Origin: Elusimicrobiota bacterium
GTDB lineage: Bacteria > Elusimicrobiota > Elusimicrobia > UBA1565
DNA: 16,403 nt
Assembly: GCA_043827405.1 (NCBI GenBank)
Contig: JBDRPD010000067.1
Location: 1 to 16,403 of the forward strand
Reading direction: 5' to 3'
The position numbers and the translations under genes are program-made. Positions 9,060 to 15,670 of the stretch are shown in pieces. The notes beneath the pieces are model-generated. The model had not been told where the DNA came from, did no database searches, and worked only from the letters and a program-made list of their open reading frames with translations. How positions within the stretch are numbered: position 1 is the first letter of the stretch; each line of letters begins with the position of its first letter.

Positions 9060-10319
9060 TTAGTTCAGCGTCTCCCGCCTGACCTGGCTTTGTGGCCAAT
9101 CCGTGGCCAAAGTTTTCCATGCGTGTAAGTCGCCCGGAGCGGCGGGGACAACGGCGCCGGGAGCCGGAGGCTTCTTTTCGTCCAGGCCGAGCATGGCACC
9201 CATGACGGGCGCGAAGTGCTCAACCGAGGCGACCTTATGCTCCCGCCGCAGATGGCCGTATCGTTCCTGTATCTGGTCGGCGGTCGTGTGCCCGACCAGC
9301 GAAGCGATGGTCATGAGGTCCAGCCCCTTCATCACCGCGTAGGAAATATATGCGTGTCGTAGATCGTGGTAATGCAGGAAGGGCAGACCCGCCCTGCGCT
9401 TGATCGTGTTGAACGCCGTGTCGATCGACTTCCGGTGTCCCTTGCCGTCGCGTCCGGGGAAGACGTAGAGGCTCTTCATTCCTGCTGCCTCGGCCCGATC
9501 CCTCCGCTCGGCGAGCAACTGCGCTACCTCCCTCGGCATCGGCGGCTGCTGGGGGTCTCCGTCTTTCGTCTCCGGGAAGTAGATGGACTCGGTCTCGAAA
9601 TCAACGTTCTTCCACTTCAGGGATAGAAACTCACCGCGTCGGCGGCCCATAAGAAGACCCAGCAGGATCATATCACGGGCGTCGCGCTCACTTTCCAACA
9701 CCTCCGCCGCCTCTCTCAGAGCCTTGATCTCCTGCGGCTGGAGCAGGCGCTTGCGTTTGGCCTTCTTCTCGTCGAACAGCTTGACTCGGGCCACGGGGTT
9801 ACTCCTGATCAGTTTCCGACGGACTGCCATGTTCAGGATCGCTCGCAAACACTTTACATCCTTGTTGGCCGTGGTCTTGGAGACCAGCTTGGGTTTGTGC
9901 GTCCGGCTCCACTCGGCGATGCCTTCCTCGGTGCCGAAACGGCCCCTGAGAGGCGGCTGAACGAACTGCTCGGCACGGGCAACCAGAAAGTCATCGGCCA
10001 TGGCCATGGTAATGGCGTTAAGCGGCAGGTGTCCGAACGCAGGCATCAGGGTCTCGATACTCGCCTCGTCCTCTTTCCAACTTTTCTTGTGCGGCTTCAC
10101 CAAATCCAAATACTTCTGTGAGAACTCGGCGAAAGTCGGCGCCCGCTCTTCGAGATCGATGCCGAACCGCTCGTTCAAGAGGTCGTTCTTGAGCTTGGCA
10201 ACGATTCTCAGCGCGGCCTTCCTGTTCGTCCCGATCTTCTTGCGAATACGCTGCTTCGTTACCGGATGTCTCATACTAAAGTAGTAGATTCCGTCCCGTT
10301 CCCACAGTCCATCAGCCAT
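9060..10319 (-). CDS. int: Tyrosine recombinase / phage-type integrase
   Basis: N-terminal arm-binding-like domain, TFAEF core-binding domain, NPVARV, and catalytic R (GRRRGE), K (TKDG), HDLRH, GH and Y (ERYGH). GGAGGAG SD. Confidence 0.95.
   Translation of the reverse strand: MADGLWERDGIYYFSMRHPVTKQRIRKKIGTNRKAALRIVAKLKNDLLNERFGIDLEERAPTFAEFSQKYLDLVKPHKKSWKEDEASIETLMPAFGHLPLNAITMAMADDFLVARAEQFVQPPLRGRFGTEEGIAEWSRTHKPKLVSKTTANKDVKCLRAILNMAVRRKLIRSNPVARVKLFDEKKAKRKRLLQPQEIKALREAAEVLESERDARDMILLGLLMGRRRGEFLSLKWKNVDFETESIYFPETKDGDPQQPPMPREVAQLLAERRDRAEAAGMKSLYVFPGRDGKGHRKSIDTAFNTIKRRAGLPFLHYHDLRHAYISYAVMKGLDLMTIASLVGHTTADQIQERYGHLRREHKVASVEHFAPVMGAMLGLDEKKPPAPGAVVPAAPGDLHAWKTLATDWPQSQVRRETLN
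9092..9110. repeat. Direct repeat GTGGCCAA x2; candidate integrase arm-type sites
   Basis: GTGGCCAA at 9092-9099 and 9103-9110 (11-bp period), about 60 bp from the tRNA. Confidence 0.55.
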
Positions 10320-10348
10320 ACGCTACTCCTCCGTGCCCCCGATGGGAC

Positions 10349-10386
10349 AAAAAACAAACTCCGCGCCTAAAAGAGGACACGGAGTT
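10349..10386 (-). terminator. Intrinsic terminator-like hairpin between xis and int
   Basis: RNA AACUCCGUGUCCU-CUUUU-AGGCGCGGAGUU followed by UGUUUUUU. Confidence 0.7.
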
Positions 10387-10390
10387 CAGA

Positions 10391-10516
10391 CTACCGCCTT
10401 CTACTTTTAGGCCGCGCTTTCGTGGCACCCAAGCTGTCGCAAAGGCTCACGGTCGCATCGCACGGAAACAAATTCGCCGACGATGCGGACATTCTTAGCT
10501 TAACAGGCGTTTCCAT
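10391..10516 (-). CDS. Possible 41-aa leader peptide (METPVKLR...ARPKSRRR)
   Basis: ATG 5 nt after the xis stop, and its stop lies 4 nt before the terminator stem. No clear SD and no recognisable family. Confidence 0.3.
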   Translation of the reverse strand: METPVKLRMSASSANLFPCDATVSLCDSLGATKARPKSRRR

Positions 10517-10521
10517 TTTCG

Positions 10522-10719
10522 TCAAGGTCGGCGCCTCTGGACATGGGGCACGACCCGGAACTCCTTCATCCATTTTTCGAGTTCTTCCTCATCGAAGAGC
10601 ACTATGCCGCCAATCTTGATGAACGGGATTTTCCTTTCAGAAGTCCATGTGTAAATCGTCTTCGGGCTTCGCCGCAGTAATGCGGCCACTTCTTTCAACG
10701 TGAGTTTCCGGGCCATCAT
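10522..10719 (-). CDS. xis: Excisionase-like HTH_17 DNA-binding protein
   Basis: MMARKLTLKEVAALLRRSPKTIYTWTSERKIPFIKIGGIVLFDEEELEKWM is a classic excisionase HTH. ATGA overlap with the MTase stop and a GGAG SD. Confidence 0.88.
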   Translation of the reverse strand: MMARKLTLKEVAALLRRSPKTIYTWTSERKIPFIKIGGIVLFDEEELEKWMKEFRVVPHVQRRRP

Positions 10720-11762
10720 TTTCTCCGTCGAGCATTGTGATATCGGAAGCGGCAGGATTTCGAGCAGAACTCCTGCCACGGCTTTTTCTGGAAAAAGTTC
10801 TTCCCGCAGGCGGGGCAGGCCAGGGCCGCGTAGCGTTGGGGCGCCCCGCGCCTTCGCCCGCGTGGGCGCACTAGAGCGTGTGCCGAAGCGGCCTTATGAC
10901 CCAAGAGGGAACCGAACTCAGCCTCGGCGATCGCGGCCTCGGCCTGGGCGATGTAGGTCGCGTTCAGATCAGAGCCGACATAGTGGCGTCCCAAACGCTT
11001 GGCCGCGATCGCAGTGGTTCCGCTACCGAGAAAATTATCAAGAGCGACGCCGCCGATCGGTGCGCCATATCGCACAAGCCACTCCGCGACCTCAGGGTCC
11101 ATCGTGGCGGGATGGACACTGCTCTCCCTCCTGCCGTTAGCGATACACAGCGCATCTGCTTCGTCGGCACAGACCATGCGGAGCACGTCCTTGACCGGAA
11201 GCCTGTTCAGACGCTCCAGGGCCGGGGCGATGAAGTTCCCCCCGTCCGCGCCGTCAGCCCGATACTTCCACGAACGATTATCACGGGCAGCCCAGAGGGA
11301 AGGTCGGAGGACCGCGTCTTTGTTGACGGCGTATCTTTTTATGTCCTTGACGGCATGGAACACGATCTCGACGGAGCGCTTGAGTAGGCGCGAATCATTA
11401 CCGGGCAGCGCGTTAGTCTTAATGATCGAAAGCTGTTGGACAATATGGAAACCCCGACCAGCGAGCGCCTGGGGCAATAGGTAGTTCGTGGGAGAGAGGG
11501 TGCCACCGATCGACTGGGGCATGAAGTTTAAGAACAAGTTCCCGGTGGACTTGAGAATGCGCTTCCACTCACTGATCACCGGACCCAGGCGCTCAATAAA
11601 CTCACGGCCTTGGTAGAGCCCGAGGTCCTGGGGATCGTCCGAGTAGGTCCGCATCCGCTCGAACGGGATCGACGTGACGATCGCGTCGATCGACTCGGGC
11701 GGCACCCAGTCGAGTTTGTGGGCTGGGCAACAGCGGACTTGGTCGAGGAAATCGTGACTCAT
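10716..11762 (-). CDS. Beta-class N4-C/N6-A DNA methyltransferase with C-terminal zinc finger
   Basis: SIDAIVTSIPF (motif IV variant) precedes RILKSTG, HPATM and LDNFLGSGTTAIAAKRLGR (motif I). The tail is CPACGKNF...FCSKSCR. Start taken as ATG 11762. Confidence 0.88.
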   Translation of the reverse strand: MSHDFLDQVRCCPAHKLDWVPPESIDAIVTSIPFERMRTYSDDPQDLGLYQGREFIERLGPVISEWKRILKSTGNLFLNFMPQSIGGTLSPTNYLLPQALAGRGFHIVQQLSIIKTNALPGNDSRLLKRSVEIVFHAVKDIKRYAVNKDAVLRPSLWAARDNRSWKYRADGADGGNFIAPALERLNRLPVKDVLRMVCADEADALCIANGRRESSVHPATMDPEVAEWLVRYGAPIGGVALDNFLGSGTTAIAAKRLGRHYVGSDLNATYIAQAEAAIAEAEFGSLLGHKAASAHALVRPRGRRRGAPQRYAALACPACGKNFFQKKPWQEFCSKSCRFRYHNARRRK

Positions 11763-11812
11763 GTGTCCCCGCCGCAATCAGAGAACCAAAAGAGGAGCTT
11801 AGGACTGCTCAT
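11759..11812 (-). CDS. Micro-ORF, 17 aa (MSSPKLLFWFSDCGGDT)
   Basis: ATGA overlaps at both ends (11809-11812 and 11759-11762), with GGAG upstream. Confidence 0.4.
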   Translation of the reverse strand: MSSPKLLFWFSDCGGDT

Positions 11813-11883
11813 CTCTCTTCTCCGCGTTCGTGATGAGCTTCGGTATCCTCTACCCTCTTCGACGCCCAGGACGTGATCCTCAT
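11809..11883 (-). CDS. Micro-ORF, 24 aa (MRITSWASKRVEDTEAHHERGEER)
   Basis: ATGA overlaps at both ends (11880-11883 and 11809-11812). Confidence 0.4.
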   Translation of the reverse strand: MRITSWASKRVEDTEAHHERGEER

Positions 11884-12356
11884 GGCTCCGACTCGTCCAA
11901 AAGGTCGCAAGTGCAAAGTCGTTCCCGACATTCAGTGCAGAAGCGGTCTTTACTCTCCACTCGCGCCGTGCATGACGAACACCTGGGGACACCCCGTGGG
12001 CTCAGTTCGCAGCCGCAGGCAGAGCAGTAGGACTGCCCTTTGGCCGTGGAAGCGCCGCACGCTGGACACTTCTGCGCGACAGGGGCGGGATTCGTCCAAA
12101 CCAGCTTCGTCGTCGATATCCGATCCACCTGGAATTGCCATCGCCCCTCGTCCAAGATCGTTTCGTGCAGCGCTGTGAAAAACGCCTGCTCTTCGCTCTG
12201 GGCCTCGATCTCGACCTCGATGGTGACTTCGGCGGGCACCCGCACAATGTAGGTGCGGAGCTTCTCTGTCTGATTCTCTTGGGCAGCCATTCTCTTTCTC
12301 CTCGCGATCAATACGGCTCGACCATCTCGGCTTTCGCCCCGTTCACTCGCTGACAT
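11880..12356 (-). CDS. DpnD/PcfM-like domain + double zinc ribbon protein
   Basis: TYIVRVPAEVTIEVEIEAQSEEQA, then CPAC..CSAC..CSSC..CTEC. Start is ATG 12356 (AGGAGGT SD) or ATG 12290 (GAGGAG SD). Confidence 0.7.
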   Translation of the reverse strand: MSASERGESRDGRAVLIARRKRMAAQENQTEKLRTYIVRVPAEVTIEVEIEAQSEEQAFFTALHETILDEGRWQFQVDRISTTKLVWTNPAPVAQKCPACGASTAKGQSYCSACGCELSPRGVPRCSSCTARVESKDRFCTECRERLCTCDLLDESEP

Positions 12357-12579
12357 CAATGACCTCCTGCCCGCCAGGGCCTGCCGCGTTCCGCTCAGGC
12401 TGATCATCGTCGCGCTCGACATATCCGAAAAGAAGCCACCTAACCTCCAGCTTCCCGCCGCAGCGTTTGGGGCAGGGGAAGGTCGCGAAGTTGAGGCCAA
12501 GGGCGACAGGAACTTGGCCGACTCGGCGGAATCCGCAGCGACGGCACCAGTGCTCGACCGGGCGGGTCCAGGAATTCAT
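12343..12579 (-). CDS. Small zinc-ribbon protein
   Basis: CRRC...CPKRC. ATGA overlap with the upstream gene; paralogous to the N-terminus of 14042-14515. Confidence 0.65.
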   Translation of the reverse strand: MNSWTRPVEHWCRRCGFRRVGQVPVALGLNFATFPCPKRCGGKLEVRWLLFGYVERDDDQPERNAAGPGGQEVIDVSE

Positions 12580-12971
12580 GGGCGGGCCTCCGGTTCCTCA
12601 GGTGGACGACATGGTGACTCTTCGTTTGCTGCCTTGCTCTTGAAGATTCTCGACCAATCGGGTTGCGGCTCACGGGCGCTGCCGCCTGGGTGCTGGGCCA
12701 AGCGGATCATCTTGGTCGGCCTCCGCTGATCCCCGACTACCCTCCAGGGGTCAAGAACTTGCCTCACGATTCCGGCTTCGATGAGCCGCTGGATCGCCTG
12801 GTTTGCTCGCTCCCGGTTTCCGCCGACGATGCTGGTCAGGTGGGTCTTAGGCAGGCCCTCGGGGGGTTGCGACCGGAGAACCCTGAGAACCTCTTCCTGG
12901 CGGCGCCTGATCTTGAGTTCGAGAATCTGCTGGTCCCAGTAGGACTTCGGGTGTGAGTCATTCTCTGTCAT
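12576..12971 (-). CDS. Winged-helix DNA-binding protein
   Basis: VLRVLRSQPPEGLPKTHLTSIVGGNRERANQAIQRLIEAGIV; AGGAGG SD. Confidence 0.75.
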   Translation of the reverse strand: MTENDSHPKSYWDQQILELKIRRRQEEVLRVLRSQPPEGLPKTHLTSIVGGNRERANQAIQRLIEAGIVRQVLDPWRVVGDQRRPTKMIRLAQHPGGSAREPQPDWSRIFKSKAANEESPCRPPEEPEARP

Positions 12972-14052
12972 TGTTCCTCCTAGATTCCGACGGGGCGCTT
13001 CGCTCCAGGCCCCTCGACAAAATCAGATACTCCGTCTTCCCCCGGTTCGGTATCCGCTCGATCCGGCACCCCGCGTAGAGTTCCCGAACATCGCTCCCAG
13101 ATTCTTGGCTCACAATCCACGGTTCCCCACGCTTGATCAGCGCCGTGGCCAGCGCTTCGTGTTCGTAGTCGTCCATCCAGTAACGATAGAGTTGGCGCCC
13201 AGCGGTCGGATATGGAGGATCGGCGTAGACGACGGCCCGGTTCGGGAGCGTGCGGATCAGGCCCAGGGCGTCCTCGCATCGGACCTCGGTTCGGCCAACG
13301 AGCAGACGATGTATCCTTCTGATCCGTCGGGCGAACTCCGCCCCATCGAAGCGGTCGCAGTGGTCCTGGGAAAACCCGGACTCCCGGCGGCCACCGTGAC
13401 TTAGACGGTTGATCATGAGGCACTGGAACGCAGCGGGCAGATCGAGGTTCGGCTCGCCCCGGCCAAGTTCATTGAAGAATCTGCGCGTCGGTCTACGCCG
13501 CCGAATCTTCTCGGCCAAAGCTTGGTGCCCTTCTGTGTCGGTCAGAGTTCGCCACAAGGCCGCGATCGCCGGGTCCAGATCGTTGAGGACGAGCCGGACC
13601 CTCGGATAGTTTGCGGCGACCCAGAGCGCGACGGACCCGCCGCCGACAAAGGGCTCGGCGAATACCTTAGCCGTAGCCAGAGACGGGGCGAGGAGTGGGG
13701 CGATGTGTTTGATGAGCTTGTACTTGCCCCCAGGATAGCGGAGGACTGATAGGGGGCCGGGGATCAGGCGGCCACGGGAATTGGGTTGGCAACGCTCATG
13801 GTTCAATCCCCGATGCCCCGAGGCCCGAGAATAGCGCACAAGTTCGCGTCGCTTTTCGTCTTCGGCCAGGCCGAGCTTGGTCTTCTTCATGACCAAACCC
13901 CGATCGAGTAGAAGGTTGAGGGCGTAGCCGAATGTCTGATTTCTGAGCCCGGAGGCCCGGCGCAGAGCCATGAGGCCCAGGCCACCCGGATACTGATCCA
14001 GAGCGTCGATGACCTTGACCGCGTCCATGGCCAGGACTCGGTCAGCGGCCAC
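12958..14052 (-). CDS. D12-class (Dam-like) N6-adenine DNA methyltransferase with N-terminal winged helix
   Basis: LRYPGGK, EPFVGGGSV, LNDLD and VYADPPY motifs after about 95 extra N-terminal residues. GTG 14052 has a GGAGG SD and overlaps the upstream stop region. Confidence 0.88.
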   Translation of the reverse strand: MAADRVLAMDAVKVIDALDQYPGGLGLMALRRASGLRNQTFGYALNLLLDRGLVMKKTKLGLAEDEKRRELVRYSRASGHRGLNHERCQPNSRGRLIPGPLSVLRYPGGKYKLIKHIAPLLAPSLATAKVFAEPFVGGGSVALWVAANYPRVRLVLNDLDPAIAALWRTLTDTEGHQALAEKIRRRRPTRRFFNELGRGEPNLDLPAAFQCLMINRLSHGGRRESGFSQDHCDRFDGAEFARRIRRIHRLLVGRTEVRCEDALGLIRTLPNRAVVYADPPYPTAGRQLYRYWMDDYEHEALATALIKRGEPWIVSQESGSDVRELYAGCRIERIPNRGKTEYLILSRGLERSAPSESRRNNDRE

Positions 14053-14515
14053 TGTGCCTCCCTGAAGCCCGCTCAGTCCCTCGGGCAGTGGGTTGCCCGC
14101 CTCTTTCAATCAGTCGATGGATCGTTTGGAGCCGGAGCCGTCCGTCTCGCGCTCTTCTCCGCTCTGAGGTTTGAATAAGGAGTCCGGCCTCCCGGAGTCG
14201 CCGGAGTGCCAGGAAGACCGACGCCCACCGTGCCCTGACCTCGCGGAGGAGCGCGATCGTCGTCAGGCCATCCGGGGCTTGCCGTAGCGTGACGATGATT
14301 CGGGCCAGAGTGTGCTCGCCCTTCGGGTCAGCGGCCATGGGGTTTTTCGTGCTCTCCGGTCGGGGATACATGACCGTCCCGCATTCGGGGCAAGGGTAGC
14401 CCCCGAGGAACAGGTCGATCGTGATGCCGGGGGGGATGGTGACGGGACGTGTGTATTCGCACCGGGCACACCGGAACTCTTCAGGCCCAAGGAATCTCGG
14501 AGGGCGAGAGTTCAC
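14042..14515 (-). CDS. Zinc-ribbon + winged-helix protein
   Basis: CARC...CPEC, then IIVTLRQAPDGLTTIALLREV...ALRRLREAGLL. GTGA overlap with the rep stop. Confidence 0.75.
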   Translation of the reverse strand: MNSRPPRFLGPEEFRCARCEYTRPVTIPPGITIDLFLGGYPCPECGTVMYPRPESTKNPMAADPKGEHTLARIIVTLRQAPDGLTTIALLREVRARWASVFLALRRLREAGLLIQTSERRRARDGRLRLQTIHRLIERGGQPTARGTERASGRHSGR

Positions 14516-15414
14516 GATAGTCCTCTCGGATCAATCGGCCCGGACGGGTGCCAAGGCGGCTTCGGAGTCCGGCGGCCCATGCGTTTCGCCGCCTTGCGCC
14601 GAGCCGTATCTTCCCGGTTGGAGGCGTGGGTCGGATACATCGTGCCCCAGGACCGGATCATCGTAAGGCCGGATGTCGCCTGATGAAACTGGCGGAGCAA
14701 GCGCACATCGTGAGGAAGTTCTTGCCTCCGTGCGCCATAGGCCAGGACCTGACCCTGGGTGCCGGGCGTCACGGTCTCGGGCTCAACATTCCACGCGCCT
14801 CCGAGCCGGACCCAGTTCTTCTTGAACCAGTTGTCCGAGAGCCCCCCACCATAGTCGAGCAGGGCGTCAAAGTGAGGAAGCCAGCCCTCGGTCCCGTGGA
14901 TGATGTGCATGTTGACGACTCCACCCTGGACGGCCTGGCGGAACTCGGGCATCTCTCGGAACTCGCGGAACCGAGTGAAATGATCTTCAAGGACGCTCCG
15001 GGTCAGACGGATCACGGGGTAGCTCGTCAGGACCAGGTGGAGAGCGCTCCCCATCTTGGCCAGCCGGGCTTGGTATTTGGTCAGGAACACTCGTTCCCGG
15101 ACCCATCCGCAGATCGAGCAGAGCTTGACCTGCTGGCACCGGGCGCCGGGCTGGCACTCTTCGATCTTCAGGGCTCGGGCATAATCTATATGGCGCAGGA
15201 TGGCGGCGATGTCCCGGTTGGCCTTGTAGGCCCGGTCCAGGAGTTCATCGCGGGAGGGACGGGGCTTCTTCCGATCCTTGCGCTCCGGGAGGCCCAGGGA
15301 GGAGAGGGGGCTATTATAAAGACCTCTACCGAGGGTCCGATCCTGATCGAACTGGTCGCGCTTGTCACTCGAAGCGGCAAGGTGTGCTAAAATAGGTCTT
15401 GGTGATTGGGGCAT
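14512..15414 (-). CDS. rep: Rolling-circle replication initiator-like protein (Rep_1/pC194-type HUH superfamily), divergent
   Basis: Motif order matches Rep_1: Cys cluster C..CQQVKLCSIC, motif 1 HLVLT, GGVVNMHI, motif 2 WLPHFDAL, W...G, motif 3 YGAR, and C-terminal GLTMIRSWG. Start uncertain (ATG 15414 or TTG 15426). Confidence 0.72.
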   Translation of the reverse strand: MPQSPRPILAHLAASSDKRDQFDQDRTLGRGLYNSPLSSLGLPERKDRKKPRPSRDELLDRAYKANRDIAAILRHIDYARALKIEECQPGARCQQVKLCSICGWVRERVFLTKYQARLAKMGSALHLVLTSYPVIRLTRSVLEDHFTRFREFREMPEFRQAVQGGVVNMHIIHGTEGWLPHFDALLDYGGGLSDNWFKKNWVRLGGAWNVEPETVTPGTQGQVLAYGARRQELPHDVRLLRQFHQATSGLTMIRSWGTMYPTHASNREDTARRKAAKRMGRRTPKPPWHPSGPIDPRGLS

Positions 15415-15434
15415 ATCCCGTCTCAATCGCGCCG

Positions 15435-15475
15435 AAGAACACCGCCGCCTGCCAGGGTCGAGGCGGTGTTTTCTT
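15435..15475. terminator. Hairpin between the merR-like gene and rep; possible bidirectional terminator or attenuator
   Basis: AACACCGCC (15438-15446) pairs with GGCGGTGTT (15462-15470), followed by TTCTT on + and CTT on -. Confidence 0.5.
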
Positions 15476-15478
15476 GTG

Positions 15479-15670
15479 CTATAGGTTGATATTCCTTTTC
15501 GCTAGGAGCTTCCTCAATCTCCGCAGGTCGGCCTCGGTGTAAACACGGTGTCCGTTCTCAGTCCTCCTTGCGCGAGGGAGTGCTCCGATCTCCTCCTTGT
15601 AATACAGGACGGCCCGCCGGATACCGAGACGCCTGCAAACTATTCCTGGGCCAAGTAACTTTTCTGTCAT
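15479..15670 (-). CDS. MerR-type HTH protein (63 aa)
   Basis: RLGIRRAVLYYKEEIGALPRARRTENGHRVYTEADLRRL; GGAGG SD before ATG 15670. Confidence 0.85.
   Translation of the reverse strand: MTEKLLGPGIVCRRLGIRRAVLYYKEEIGALPRARRTENGHRVYTEADLRRLRKLLAKRNINL

Noticed and set aside
10716..14052. Complete restriction-modification system
   Set aside because: No ORF with a recognisable PD-(D/E)xK, HNH, GIY-YIG or PLD nuclease motif lies near the MTases. They are treated as orphans, although a nuclease outside the window cannot be excluded.
14512..15414. IS91/ISCR-type transposase
   Set aside because: It shares a Cys cluster and HUH-like core, but the short length, single catalytic Tyr region, Rep_1-like C-terminal motif and operon context with int/xis fit a replication initiator better.
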